A stretch of DNA of 64,000 bases, taken from assembly GCF_009914755.1 (NCBI RefSeq), contig NC_060941.1; one strand, given 5' to 3'. Source of the DNA: the human T2T-CHM13v2.0 reference genome, Homo sapiens. Position 1 is the first letter of the stretch, and each line of letters opens with the position of its first letter. The position numbers and the translations under genes are program-made. Shown piece after piece: positions 1 through 14,568 of the stretch. The notes below the pieces were generated by a model that searched no databases, had not been told where the DNA came from, and worked only from the letters and a program-made list of their open reading frames with translations.

Positions 1-19
1 ATGGTTAGTAGCTGAGCGT

Positions 20-39
20 ATCCAAGTCACATGGCACCA
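20..39 (-). other. tRNA-His-like primer binding site
   Basis: Minus strand TGGTGCCATGTGACTTGGAT versus PBS-His TGGTGCCGTGACTCGGAT. Confidence 0.7.
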
Positions 40-84
40 AAATATGTTAGCAATGCAACATATTGGAGACAGGGCATCAAGGCA

Positions 85-1017
85 TGTTACTGGTGATGAA
101 TCTGAACAGGTCTGCAGCAACCTCAATTCTTGCCTCCTCAGAAGAAAGATTTCCACCGAGGAGCACAAGGCAGAAGGAGAGACCAAGGCAAGTTTTAGAG
201 CAGGAGTGAACGTTTATTAAAAAGCTTTAGAGCAGGATTGAAAAGAAGTAGAGGGCATTTGTTTTTTGTTGTTTGTTTGTTTTGTTGTTTTTTTTTTTTT
301 TTTTTTTTTTTTTCTTGAGACGGAGTCTCACTCTGTCGCCCAGGCTGGAGTGCAGTGGCACGATGACAGCTCACTGCAACCTGTCTCCCGGGCTCAAGCG
401 ATTCTCCTGCCTCAGCCTCCCTAGTAGCTGGGACTACAGGCATGCACCACCACGGCTGGCTAATTAGAAGTAGAGTCCACTTGGAAGAGGGCCACGTGGG
501 CAACTTGAGAGATCAAGAGTGCAGTTTTACCTTTTGACTAGGAGTTTTATACGTTGGCACGCTTCTGGGATCTTGCATTCTTTCTCTGCCCATTCTTCCC
601 TTGGGGTGGGCTGTCTGCATGTGCAGTGGCCTGCCAGCACTTGGGAGGTCAGAATGCACAGTGTGTTTACTGGAGTTGTATTCATACTCAGGGCATTCTT
701 CCCTTACCAGTGGAATGTCCCTGGAAGATCATATACTCCATCAGTTAAGCTCCAACATTTCGTCTCTTAGTGCTCATGCTTAAGCCCACGTGCCCAACAC
801 CTGAGATTTTATCAGGAAGCTGCTGATCACCAGTTTTAGGTGTTTCTATCAACTGGGAGACTGCCTTTCCCTGGTGGCAGCTGTGACCAATTATTATTTT
901 AGAGAGAGAGTGTGTGACAACTGCCTATCACCTGATGGTCACCTGATAGTCCTGGTGGGTGGGGGCGGGGAGCTCTCTCCTGCTCTGCTTATTCCTGACT
1001 AGCTACCTACTGTAACA
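85..1017 (-). mobile_element. MER50 ERV1 LTR (5' LTR; internal sequence continues off the window start)
   Basis: Minus strand starts TGTTACAGTAGGTAGCTAGTCAGG and ends GTAACA, matching recalled MER50. A PBS-like sequence follows at 20-39. Confidence 0.85.
258..465 (-). mobile_element. Alu right monomer only (5'-truncated or FRAM-like), inserted in MER50
   Basis: T-rich tail plus right arm. TSD agaagtagag at 244-253 and 466-475. Confidence 0.9.
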
Positions 1018-1039
1018 GTATTGACAAATATGCTGCAGT

Positions 1040-1303
1040 GCTGTAAATATATTCTCTTTTCCTTATGATTTTTTTGATAGCATTTTCTTTTCTCTAGCTT
1101 ACTTTATTGTAAGAATACAGTGTGCAGTACGCATAACATAAAAAATGTGTGTTAATTGACCATTTATGTTACCGATAAGGCTTCCCATCGATAGTAGGCT
1201 ATTTATTGGTAGTTAAGTTTTGGGAGGATCAGATTTATACATGGATTTTTAACTACATGAGGGGTCAGCAGCCCTAACCCCTGGGTTGTTCAAAGGTCAA
1301 CTG
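1040..1303 (+). mobile_element. Tigger2-family DNA transposon terminal fragment
   Basis: Ends GTTGTTCAAAGGTCAACTG (Tigger2 TIR) followed by TA. Confidence 0.8.
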
Positions 1304-1666
1304 TAGATCTAACTCATGATCCTTACACAACGGTTGGTATATGGAACAAGTAGGACTCCTGACTTAATTGAAATGCAACTTTGTCTCCTACCATCCCTTT
1401 AACTTTAATTCACTGGGTGTGTTTCTCTCCCCTATCCCTGGCCCCAGTGATGAAAACCCCAGCTCACATGACTTTTCTGTTTACACTAAGATAATAGCCC
1501 TGTAAAAATATTCCAAGGCCCCAGTGAAGCTTCTTTTCAGAAATTGGAATGTACATTCTTATCTAAAAATATTAAAGCTTCAAACTTAGTGTTATGTCTT
1601 CTTCCCTTGCACCTGCTTCAGGCTGAAAGCCTGCACCTGGGAAATGAGGCTTTCCTAGAGCCTGGC

Positions 1667-2205
1667 TTCCTTCCCTCCCTCCCTCCATCCCTCCCTCCAT
1701 CCCTTGCTCCTTTCTTCCTCTCCTTATCTCATTTCTCCCTTTCTCTCCTTCTTTCTTTTCTCTCCTTCCTCACTCCTTCTCCCTCTTTCTTGCTTCTTTC
1801 CCTTCCTTCTCTCTTTCCCTTTCTCCTTTTCTCTCCCTCTTTTTTTCTCCTTCCTCCCTTTTCCCTCCCTTTCTCCCTTCCTTCCTCTCTCCATTTCTCC
1901 GTCTTTCTCACTCACCCTTTCTTCATATTACTCTTTTTCTTTCCCTTCCCTTCCGTTCCTTTCTGTCCCCTCCCTTCCCCTCCCCTTCCTTCCTCTCCCC
2001 TTCCTTCCCCTCCTCTCCCCCTCTCTACCCTTCTCTCCCTTTCCTTCCCCTTTCCTCCCCTACTCTCCCCTCCCCCTCCCTTCCCTTCCCTCCCCTTTTC
2101 CCATTTCCCTTCCCTTCCCTCCCCTTTCCTTCTTTCCCTTCCCCTCCCTTCTTTCCTTTTCCTTCCTCCACCATGTCTCTCTCTTTTTTCATCCATCTCT
2201 CTCTT
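1667..2205. repeat. ~540 bp polypyrimidine/polypurine low-complexity tract
   Basis: Almost entirely C/T on the + strand (CCCT, CTTC, CTTT units). Confidence 0.95.
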
Positions 2206-2329
2206 TCCTATCTGCTCAGATGCAACTAGATAAGGTGTTTGCTAACACACTAATATTTCTTAAACATCCTTCCATTTCATTAAGTACTATTCTAAAATAG
2301 CATCTACATAGTTTTGTTGTCTTAGATGA

Positions 2330-3900
2330 TACAAATATACTGTTATCATCCCATCTTTCTTAGGCTGTGTTTAGTGTTGTCAACAACCACCTGGGGCTGA
2401 TCACCCCTGTATGTATTCACTCACACTATTCACTCCCATTATTTAAGAAATATTTATTAACTATTATGTTCTCAGCATTGTTCTAATTACCATGAGTGCA
2501 CGTGTTCATCTCTTATTTCCTTAGGATTAAATTCTAAAGGTAAAGCGGCATCTTGTAAGATTCGAATATTTTTAAAAGGTTTTTGTTACACACTTAAGAT
2601 ATGTAACAATTTGTACTCAATGGGCTAGAAAGGAATATAAATTCCCATTACTCTCTTGTCAACACTGGGTCTTTCTTTTTAATCACAAACAATTTGAAAG
2701 GCTAAAAATGATGTCTTATTATTTTGATATGCATTTTTGATTAGTAATGAGTTGAATAGTTACTTGCTTAAAGGCTAGAAGTATGAGGGAGTGGTGTATG
2801 TGAAATGACTTTTCTTACGTTTTGCCTAATTTCCACTGGAATGTTTTGGTTTTTAAATTTATTTTAAATTTTTTTATAATTTGAAAACATTAGGCTTTTG
2901 TCAGGCATGTGTATTACAGTTATTTTTTTTCTCCCAAACAATGTAATTTGCCCTGCAATCTTGTTTATGGTGTTTTATGACATAAAGACATTTTCTTTTT
3001 AAATTTCAGATAGTCACATAGACACTTTACTTACTCCAAGAACAGCCATCTCCAGGTCAAGATTATAGAGTAACACATGTTTTCTTCTTTTACTATTTTT
3101 CCTCGGTTGTACCTTTGAGTAATTAAGACAATTGGATTTTATTTTGGATGTGAGTATGGGGCAGGGGTTTAACTTTATTATTTTCTAAATTTTTAGCCAG
3201 CTTTTTTTCCTCACTTCATTTATTAAACAATTCATCTTTTCCCCATGGATTTACAAATTTGCCTTCTAAATCTTAAATCCCAATATACACGTGGGTTCAT
3301 TTTTGGTACTTCTGTTCTATTAATGCTTGTGTATTTTGCAGCTAGTAACACCCTATTTCAAATACTAGAGCCTTAGAACATTTTTGTATGTGATTTGTAA
3401 ACTTCTATTTCCTACTCTGTAAAGTAAAATGTCTCAGCTAGTCTCACAGTTTTCCAAATGTACGTCAGAATCATTTTGTCAATTTTCAAAATAATCCATT
3501 GAGATTTCAGTGAGATTAGCTATTACTTGATGAGGGCTGATATCATTAACACAGTGAGACTTACTTTTGGCTACATGGCATGTTTCTATATTTATTTCCA
3601 TTTTAAATGTATCTCAATAAAACTATGGTCATGGCATTTAAAAAACTTCTTTGTAGATATTTAATATTTTTATTAAACAAAGATTTTAAAAATATATTTT
3701 CTAATTAGTCCTTGTTGAAATGTGATAAAATTGTTAAACTGTGTTTATTGCTTTTACCATCGCCCATTTTACTGACTTCTTACTAGTTTTAATAAATTTT
3801 AGTTTACTCCTTGATTTTTCTAGGTGCTTAGCATCCACTAATAAGACTTGTTTTCTTGTTACTTTTTCTTGTTTAATGTGTTGACTGCTGCTTTAGAATT
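2330..3900 (-). mobile_element. Old L1M fragments, with a small L2 piece at ~2420-2490
   Basis: T-rich degenerate L1 3' region motifs. Boundaries approximate. Confidence 0.5.
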
Positions 3901-4236
3901 CTGTCATATAATGTTAGTACAATGCATGTTTCACCAAAAAAAGAATATTTTGACTGGTGACTTATGATGGACATTCCCTTAATAAAAAATAGATATTACA
4001 TTTGATCACATTTCTTATGGGCATTTTCACGTGAGCATTTTGTGAGCATTTCAAGTGAGCATTCTGACTTAGACCTATTCACATTACAAAGTTTTATACA
4101 CTTTCTAATATAGGAAATGCATTGTTTTCCTGGAGTAAATTTCAGTTGGTCAAGGAACATCTCTTAAAATCTCTGGGAATGAGCCAAACTTCTCTATAAA
4201 ATATGAAAACATGACAACAAGTCATTGTCTGTTTTC

Positions 4237-4554
4237 TTTTTTTTTTCTTTTCTTTTTTTTTTTTTTTTTTTTTTTGAGATCGAGTCTAGCTCTGTCACCC
4301 AGGCTGGAGTGCAGTGGCACAATCTTGGCTCACTGCAACCTCCGCCTCCTGGGTTCAAGCAATTCTCTGCCTCAGTCTCCTGAGTAGCTGGGATTACAGG
4401 CACCTGCCACCACGCCCAGCTAATTTTTGTGTGTTTAGTAGAGATGGGGTTTCACCATCTTTGCCAGGCTGGGTTTGAACTCCTGACCTCGTGATCCACC
4501 TGCCTTGGCCTCCCAAAGTGCTGGGATGACAGGCATGAGCCACTGCACCCTGCC
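4237..4554 (-). mobile_element. AluS
   Basis: Full dimer with T tail. TSD gtctgtttt on both sides. Confidence 0.95.
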
Positions 4555-5845
4555 GTCTGTTTTTCTTTGCGAGTGTATCTTGAGGTTCTAGAGTATATGA
4601 TTTAATTCCTAACATCTCAGTGTTTAGAAGCTATGTGATCACAAGGTAACATTGTAACCAGATAATCAAACCTAGGGAGAGGATGACAAAAATGCTTGGG
4701 CAGGAGCATTCAGAGGATGTGTATTTGGTTTTGTTAATATTCTATTTCTTACGTTGAGTACGTGTGGGTTTATTCTGTTTTATTAAAAATTTAAATATAT
4801 TTTTAGGTTTTAAAATGTATTATGGAATATTAGAAAGTTTGTTTTTTATATTACACCTCCTCCTTTTCTGATCATCAGATTATTTTCATTGAGAAGATGC
4901 AATATTCTCTAAAATATTATTGAAAATACAAAATTGATTACTTTTAAAAATCTGTTTTATGGCATCAACTGGTTTCAGGGAAAGAAGGGCGTTGCCCTTG
5001 GGTTGTTCTCCTTATTTTGAGCTATTGACTGTGGTCTTAAGTGGGATGATTTATCCGTGTGCCCAACTTCACTTGGGAAGGTGTGAGTTCCAGTGGTTGT
5101 TGGCAGCCGAGATGGGTAGAGAGGCAGGTGTTCATTTTTGAATATGCTACTTTTAGGTAAAAAGGCAAAAGAAAAGTTTGTATTTTGCCAGGTTAGGCTT
5201 CTAGTCAATTGCGAGGTGTAGGCAGGAAGCTTCTGTGAGTTAAGGAAGCTGTGCAGCCAGGACCACACAGCTGTGGCTAATGCCTCCATTTGTGTGTTTG
5301 CTGTGACCACCGTGAGCTAGCAGGGGTGGCCTGCCCCTTTCTTATCTGGCATGACAGCTCACGTTAGCAGCCCCCGGGGATGCAGCTCCTCTGATTAGCA
5401 CGCACTCTCCTACAAACGAAGGTGGTGGCCAGTGCATCAGGACGCTGGGTCACATTCCTCCATCTTTCATAAGATCGAGGGCTGGCCACTGCCTGAAGAT
5501 CCAGGTAGGAGCCTCACCTGCAGTGCTGCAGCTCGTAGGTCACAGATTCCGAGTGCTCTGGACTGTAGAGCGTGAGGAGGTCAACAGGCAGAGAGAGGTG
5601 AGCTCGGCTATGACAAATGCTTCCTTTCTGCTTGCTGAGCTGACTGAGTCACACACCTTTCTCTGACTGGCATGGCCACCCTTATCACCTGTTCTGGCAA
5701 CTTCCTTGTGGGGGGAACACAACGTCCTCACCTACTGCAGATGGGAGGGGCCGCCTGGGCTAGAGTTCTGTGTCCTTCTGGGCCCATAGTCTCTTTTTCA
5801 ATTGCGGTAAAATCCACATAACATAGAACTTATCATTTTAACTAT

Positions 5846-6273
<428 letters not shown>

Positions 6274-6550
6274 TAGCATTAAGTACACTCACATTGTCAT
6301 GCAACCATCATCACTATTTATCTCCAGAACTTTTTTTTTTTAATCTTCCAAAACTAAAACTCTATTATCCATTGAACAATAACTTCCCAGTTCCTTGCTC
6401 CCAGTCCCGTGGTAACCTCTAATCTACTCTCTGTCTCTATGAATTCGAAAACTGTAGATACCTTACGAGTAGAATCAAACAGTATTTGTCCTTTTGTGAC
6501 TGGCTTAATTTACTTAACATGAAGTCTTGTAAGGCTCACCTATGTTGTAG

Positions 6551-6876
<326 letters not shown>

Positions 6877-7051
6877 GAATTTCTTTTCTTTTTAAGGTTA
6901 AGTAATAGTTCATTGTATGTACAGACAATACTGTTTACTCATTCATCTATTGATGAAGATTGACCTGTAGTCTTTTTAAGGAGATAAGATTTGCCTTCAT
7001 CTTCAGTCTCTACTGCACTGAGCTTGAAGACATCCTGGAATTATTCTAGGA

Positions 7052-7240
7052 CAGTAGTTCTCAAGCTTCACGGTGCACCAGAATCCCCTGGAGAGCTTGT
7101 GAAAATACAAATTGCCGGGCCCTGACCTCAGAGTTTCTGATTCAGTAGCTCTGGGGTGGGGCCTGGGAATTTCCATTTCTAACAAGTTTCCAGGTGGTAC
7201 TGATGCTGCTGGTCTAGGTACCACACCGTGAGAACTACTG
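7052..7240. mobile_element. MER5A hAT MITE, complete
   Basis: Perfect 12 bp TIRs cagtagttctca/tgagaactactg. 8 bp TSD ttctagga/ctctagga. Confidence 0.92.
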
Positions 7241-8556
7241 CTCTAGGAATTCAGTTCATGTATTTTCCTAGAGCTATGTACCGCATATGATAAAGTAGAT
7301 GCCCACTCACATACTCTTCTGGGGGATCTAGCCACGCCAGTCCCTGTTGCCTTCAATGATAAGGGGCTGACCTGAAAGACATCTATCCGTAAACTGGCCA
7401 CTACTTTTGACTTGTGTGACCCCACTCAAAAGTGAGCTAGGCCAATGCCTGAAGAATATGAATGTGGTGACATGGAGGAAAGTTGGACTGTGGACCAGGC
7501 AGAGTTGGGGTTGATATGACCAGCCTTGTGCTGAAGCCAACGAAGTCACGGGTGGAGGAAACAGAGTGGACACCCACCAAGAAGCAGAGATCTCAGTGAC
7601 CAACCCTTTTATTAAGACTTCCTCTATCCTTGCTGCTTCCTCCCTGCCTGCTGAGCCCATCCCTGCTGCCAGAAAGAATTGGCCCCTAGGCTTGAATTTC
7701 AGTGAAGCCATGAAGAGAAAATGCACCATGAAATTATATGGCTCCTGCAAAAGAGGTTGCCATCTGCTTTTTCCTTAGGCCTTTCCCCTGTACACAGTGT
7801 ATTAAACCATTATGGTCTGGAGCTGTCTCCCCTTCCTGTAATATTGTACACATTAGAAAGAAAATAGTCCTTATTTAAACAAAACAGAATTCAGGATTCG
7901 AGGCTCTAGTAAATTTCCCAAGGCATTTGTGGATTCTCTACCATTTTCTAAATATTAGTATTAATAATCTGTTAATCGTTTTTCCAATTTCCCTTGTCCC
8001 AGTTTTGGGATGGAAATGTATTGCCTTTTGCTGAATATCTATAGGTTTTTCTGTGTATATAAAAGCTTATACACCATAATTTGCTTCAACCAATACATGA
8101 TTTTAATGTCGCTTTTTCTCACCTTATTCTTTACCCTCGCATTTCTGAACTTTGGGGGAGATGCGATTTTCTTTTTTCTTGCTGAATAAGACAAAAAATA
8201 ACAATTGAGATAATAGGCAAAAACCAAGCAAATTAAACCTTGTAAATTCTATTTTATGTTCTGAGGAAGCCCAGCAGGGATTAAACATCGAGAAAACAAG
8301 GAGATATTTTGATTCCATTTTTGAAAATGAACTTTTAACTTGCCCTTTGGAAAGGACCACATTATCTTTAAACAAAAGGAATCCCATGTTACAAGGCACA
8401 TTTTCATCTCCGTCCTTTTCACTGTTTCCAGACACAAGAAGTGTCCCCTGGCACTGAGCATCCTGTTCTCCCAAGGGGTACTGATCCACCCTCTCTAAAT
8501 TTTCATGGATAAAAGGAAATATGTGACTGTCTAGGAGTGGACACCTGATATTTCTT

Positions 8557-8733
8557 TTTTTTTTATTTGTTGTTGTTGTTGCTTCTTTTACATATATATA
8601 TATATTATTATACTTTAAGTTCTAGGGTACATGTGCACAATGTGCAGGTTTGTTACATATGTATACATGTGCCATGTTGGTGTGCTGCACCCATTAACTC
8701 GTCATTTACATTAGGTATATCTCCTAATGCTAT
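8557..8733 (-). mobile_element. Heavily 5'-truncated L1PA (PA3-PA5-like) 3' end
   Basis: ttattatactttaagttctagggtacatgtgcac...cctaatgctat. TSD atatttctt at 8548-8556 and 8732-8740. Confidence 0.9.
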
Positions 8734-9751
8734 ATTTCTTAAATTATCTGCTCTGTGTTTGACCTGGCAGGGGTTTCTCAATGTGTACCACAAGATCATC
8801 ACCTTATTCCCCTATCTCGAGCATGAGAAATGACATTGATTTTTTTTCTGGTTTCTAGAAGTCAGTTTGTTTCATAAAGGGGACACAGGCACTGATTGCT
8901 CAGGTGCTTCCTCTTCCTTCCACGTATTGATTTTTGTTTTTTCATTCTTCCAGTGATTTGAGGATTGGGTCGGGGGTAGATGTTATGTTTCTCTACTTTC
9001 AGCAGTTGAGATGGATTTTCTGAGGGAGTGTTTGTGTCCCTGTTCGGCACTGCCAGGCTCAGGTGAACAGAGAGGGGAAGAGGTAAATTTGCGGCGGCTC
9101 ACTTTCACCAGGCTGGGTTTGGTGGGATGTGGCTTCTGTTGTGGGCAGTCGTCCAGGCTCACAAAGAGGAGGAGGCTGTTTTCCAGCACACTCCTCTCTT
9201 CTGAGTTGAGTGTGAGTTGGGAGCATGTGCCTGCCCCTCGGTCCGACCCTCGGAAGATGCCGGTGTCAGGTGCATTCCTGGAAGATGCTCCCAGGCCAAC
9301 ACTTGCTTCCTCCCTTCCTGTTTTAGATGTCCTAAGTTGGGGTGGTGTTCTGAGCATCATCTGGCTGTAGATTTGTGAGCCCACCTTGCAGTCTCTCTCC
9401 ACTGCTCTCTCTCGTGGAGAATTTCCTTAAGGACTGAAACCTATAGATAATTATTTCCCCTGGTTCTGAGCTGATCTAGCTTTTCCTTTGACCTTTTCAA
9501 TAGGTATTTGGAAAAGGCGATGGCCAGTGAGCCAGGGTGGCTGTGTTGAATGGGAAATCTCTGATCTGACTGGGTTTCTCATTTGTTCTTTACCAAATCA
9601 AGACTCGTCTCTAGAAATCAGCTTTTAAAAAGCAACAGTTATCTCTCTCTGGACCCCATCATGTCAGATTTGGTTCTCAAAATGGAAAGATCCAGAATCC
9701 TGTTTATACTGTATTTCAAAGATGTGACTCCCTTTTGGAAATCCTTCTTGA

Positions 9752-10098
<347 letters not shown>

Positions 10099-10384
10099 GC
10101 CTGCTTCCTGTTTGAGGGATGCTGCCAGCCCTTCCTCATTTCTCAGCTGAGCTGGCTGACAGCAGCTGAGCTCAATGCTTGGACAAAGCCTCTTAACTCA
10201 GATCACCAACTGCATCCTGTCTATGAGGTTCTCTCTTGATTTCTGAGGATCTGGGTGGCTAGAGAACTGATCGCCCAGAATCCATCACAATCTACACAAT
10301 ATTGGGATAATGAATTAGGCAGATATTCATTCATCCAATGTGTATTTACTGCCTGCCTATGATGCACTGGGCATTATTCTAGGT

Positions 10385-10964
10385 CACTGATTCTCAGACT
10401 TGGAGTAACTGGGTATATTAATCAGGGTTCTCCAGAGAGAGAGAACCAATCGTATGGATATATGCAAATAGAGAGATTGATTATAAAGAGTTGGCTTTTG
10501 TGATTTTGGAGACTGCATGTCCGAAATTTGCAGGGCAGGCCAATAGGTTTGTGACCCAGGAAGGGTTGATGTTGCCATCTTGCATCTGAAGACAGTCTGG
10601 AGGTGGAATTCTTTCTTTCTTGAAGGATCTTAGTCTTTGCTCTTAAGGCGCTCAACAGACTGGGTGAGGTCCACTCACACTGCGGAGGGCCATCTGCTTT
10701 ACTCAAACCTACTGACTTAAATGTTCATCTCATCTAAAAAACCAACAACATCCAGACTAGTGTTTGACCAAACAACTGGACACCATAGCCTCGCTAATGT
10801 GACACATGAAATTAACCACTATGCCAGGAGAGCTATAAAAACTTTAATGCCTGAGTCCAGGCCCCAGGGATTCTTGTTTAATAGGCCTTGGGTGCAGCCT
10901 GGGTATTGGGGTTTTTCAACAGTCCGCAGTGATTTTAATGTTCTGCAAAGTTGAAGAACTGCTC
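10385..10964. mobile_element. MER5B-like hAT MITE, split by MLT2D
   Basis: Ends cactgattctca and gaagaactgctc. TSD ttctaggt/ttctaagc. Confidence 0.6.
10414..10822 (-). mobile_element. MLT2 (MLT2D-like) ERVL LTR
   Basis: tatattaatcagggttctccagaga...gacacatgaaattaacca. Confidence 0.85.
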
Positions 10965-11353
10965 TTCTAAGCACTGGGGTTACAAGAGCAAACAAAAGAG
11001 AAAAATGTCTGCTTGCATGGAGTTTCCATTTAGTGGTGGAAGATAGAGGATGCACAAGTCAACAGACACTTATCCTGTGAGGTGGTGCAGTGTGGGGTGA
11101 AGGAAAACAAAAGCAGGCGAGGAAATCAACAAGGACAGGTGCTTTTCTAGATTAGGTGGCATGGGAGGCCTCTTTGAGGTGAGCCCCAGGGAGAGAACTG
11201 AGGGAGCTGAGCTACTACTAACCCAGTATTGGGGAGTCAGAGGAACTGTTTACTTCTGTTACACAGAAATATTAAGGAACCTATATTTCTGCACGATATG
11301 AGGTTTAAGCAGGAAAGAAAATTTCCCACCCAAAGGGATTTAAAACTTTCTCT

Positions 11354-11356
<3 letters not shown>

Positions 11357-11397
<41 letters not shown>
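11357..11397. repeat. (AC)20 microsatellite
   Basis: Read directly from the sequence. Confidence 0.98.
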
Positions 11398-11400
<3 letters not shown>

Positions 11401-11839
11401 CACATTTTGAAGGAACAGCAGCCACCTGCAGCCACCAGACACTCAGGGAGAGGCCAGGGGAAGCGAGGCAGGGGGTTGTGTGTTGCCACCCACAGCCAGA
11501 TGGGCGGGCATGCGTGGGAGGGGCACAGCCCTCCACGGAAGCCAGTCTGCAGGGATCTAGGAATGAAAGGCTGCACAGTTCGCAAGTAGTCAAGGCAAAA
11601 ACGAACACCCAGAGTTCTGCCTCACGTTTTTAGGGGTTTGGAATAGAGAGGGCCGATCTGCCATCAGGACCCCAGGTCTGCTAAAACTTGGGGGCCATGA
11701 AGCGAGAAACAGGCATCTCAGTGTAGCTGGTACAAATAGGACCACAGAAAAATTATAAAATAGAATCTGATTTCAGTTTTTTAGACACAGTCTTTTGGTA
11801 TTGAGAAGAAATAGAAGATGACTGTAAAAACTTAGAATG

Positions 11840-12030
11840 TATGTATATGACATATAGTGTATATATTATATATGAAATAAAGTATATGATATATACTTTA
11901 TTATATATCATATATGATTATATAGAGTGTATACTAGAGTATATATTATGCATATATGATTATATATAGTACATATATGATTATATATAGTATATATTAT
12001 GCATAGTATGTACCATATATACTTTATATA
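11840..12030. repeat. AT-rich degenerate tandem repeat
   Basis: Repeated catatatgattatata and atatattatgcata. Confidence 0.85.
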
Positions 12031-12039
12031 AAAATAGTG

Positions 12040-12320
12040 TTTTATTCTATTCTAATATTTCTTAGAATAGTTTTAGATTTACGGAAAAAAATTACAAAGA
12101 TAGTATAAAGAGTTCCCAAATTCCCTATACCGAGTTTCTCCTATTATTAGCATCTTACATTAGTGCAATACATTTGTTACAATTAATGAGCCAATACCGA
12201 CACAGATTTATTCACTCAAGTCCATACTTGATTCGGATTTTCTAGGCTTATCTAATGTCTTTTTTTCTGGTCCAGGACCCACATTACATTACACATTACA
12301 CAAGCATTTCATCATCCTGT
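12040..12320 (-). mobile_element. L1MC/MD 3' fragment
   Basis: tttagatttacggaaaaaaattacaaagatagta...gagttccc. Confidence 0.7.
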
Positions 12321-12579
12321 GGCCCACAATCTGAGTTAGCAGTAGGCGCTGTTGGCATTGTCTGTTTCTGAGGGAGGCAGGAGTCGTACTTCACACATGT
12401 ACCCTGTCGACTGTCACTCAAATAACAAGCAGCCTAAGTGAGCCTCTGGCAAGGGCTGGACCAGCGATGTCTCCAAGAACCCTGTGATTTAGTGACTAGC
12501 TTGAAAGGGCGGGCTCTCTGTCTGCTGGGGACGTTTATGAGTCAGCTTTGTGATGCCAAGTTTGGGAGGCAACCTCGCA

Positions 12580-12770
12580 GCCAGGGGACCAGGAGTTGAA
12601 CCCAGGCTATCAGCTCCATTTACCTGCAGGGCTTTAAACGATGTGTCAAACATCTCTGAGCCAGACTCAGATAGTTTTACCAGTTTTAGCCATCTCACAT
12701 AAGAATATTGTATCATGGGGATCATGAGGATTTTCTAAAAACAAGAAATGTAAAGAAGCTTGGCTCAAGG
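12580..12770 (+). mobile_element. MIR
   Basis: Degenerate MIR core. Confidence 0.5.
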
Positions 12771-12850
12771 TCAAGGCCAGGAGACCTTGGCTCTTTTTGC
12801 CCATAAGCCTAACAATGGCTTCTGGTCTCTTAGAAGTAGGAGAGAGGTGA

Positions 12851-13206
<356 letters not shown>

Positions 13207-13769
13207 TTGAGCAAATTCTTTCAACATGCATTCAACAGATACATCTTCAGCACTTACTGTCCACCAGGCTCACCGCTGGGCCCTGAGAACAGAGGGGAAG
13301 AGAAGCCATACTTCCTGTGCTCATGGAGTTCGCAGTAACTGGGACTCTCAAGTTCTGATGTAACATGGAGGGGGAGGATTTCAGCTTGAGCATCTTTCAG
13401 GATAGCTATCACCTCATCACTTGTACATCTGTTTAAAGAGATTTAAATTTGGGACTGTATATTTAGTGTTAAGACCCACTTTATTCTAAAAAGCTTGCCA
13501 GGATGATTAACTAAAAAATCCCCTAAAAATCTGTAGGGACAATAATTTTGGTTGGGATAAGTATTTCCTAGATCCCTAAGAATTAAGTTTTCATTGACTT
13601 GTCTGTCTTGGCCTAAAGACAATATATCAAACAATATATTGTATATCAACAATATATCAAAATATTTCTAATGTTTGTATTGTCTTTGACTAAAGTCATT
13701 TTTGTCTTTCGTAAAGGGGAGGTTATTTGCCTTCCTTTTTGCCAAACTAAGAGATCAAGAAGACTGGAG

Positions 13770-13960
13770 AGAGCCTCAGGCCTTAGACTGACCCTGGGCA
13801 AGTTACCTAGATTCTTTCAGTTTCTATTTCTTTCTTTATTTTAAATGAGTAGAGCAATTTCCTTGACCCAACATGTCAGCTTTGGTGTAAAGTAAATAAA
13901 CCGTTGCCCACAAATGCCTCGGCCCACTGCTTTGCATACAGTAGGTGCTCAGTAAATGGG
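13770..13960 (+). mobile_element. MIR
   Basis: gaccctgggcaagttac...cagtaggtgctcagtaaatg. Confidence 0.7.
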
Positions 13961-14568
13961 AGCTCTTCTTGTCATTCCTGGGTCCAAACTTCCTGCTTTG
14001 TGAAATGGCAATACTGCCACCTACCTTGTAGGTACAATTAAATGGCTTGAAATAAGGTCATCTGCTGGGCTGAATCCTGGGAAAGATTTAGGCTCTGCCC
14101 AAGGGGGCCACTTGGAGAAGAGAGCAGGTCTCAGAAGAAGGAGGTTGGGCATAGCTTCAAATACCCATCTAGTGCCCAGCTGAAGGATGTGTATGCCTGC
14201 ACCAGGGGATCTGTAGGCCGTTTGGGGATGCATGCTACGAACTACAAAGAAAACCAGGAGGCAAAGAGGTGGCTTAAACACCTTGTAGGGCCAGAGGAAA
14301 GAAAAAACAGATTAACCGGTGCCAGGCAAGAAAGGGCTTCCAGCGTCCATTATCTGTTCTTCCTTTCCCTACTTCAAGCTTGAAAAGAGCAGAGATAGCT
14401 GAGTGGGAGGAAGGAATTAATAGACTTGAGAAAAGGCCTACCTCCTCTCGCCATTAAAGACTGTAACAGGTATAGACTGGGGGATGGGAGAGGATTTATC
14501 GTCAAGTAAAATTCAGAATTTTGATTATTCAAAAAATCTGGAGGTTTTAACTACTGAAATGAGGACTA

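Larger units (their letters stand above)
10325..11200 (-). mobile_element. L2 3' fragment, split by MER5B and MLT2D
   Basis: Starts ttcattcat...ttattctagg and resumes at ~10965 with ttctaagcactgggg. Confidence 0.6.

Noticed and set aside
1544-2300. 229 aa and 198 aa ORFs, plus the antisense Arg/Glu/Gly-rich ORFs
   Set aside because: They result from the stop-free C/T low-complexity tract.
4021-4064. gtgagcatt repeated three times with short variable spacers
   Set aside because: A degenerate slippage repeat, far too short for any CRISPR-like or functional array claim.
7328-9402. 119-140 aa ORFs in unique sequence
   Set aside because: Non-ATG starts, no domains, and overlapping ORFs on both strands. 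Consistent with chance.
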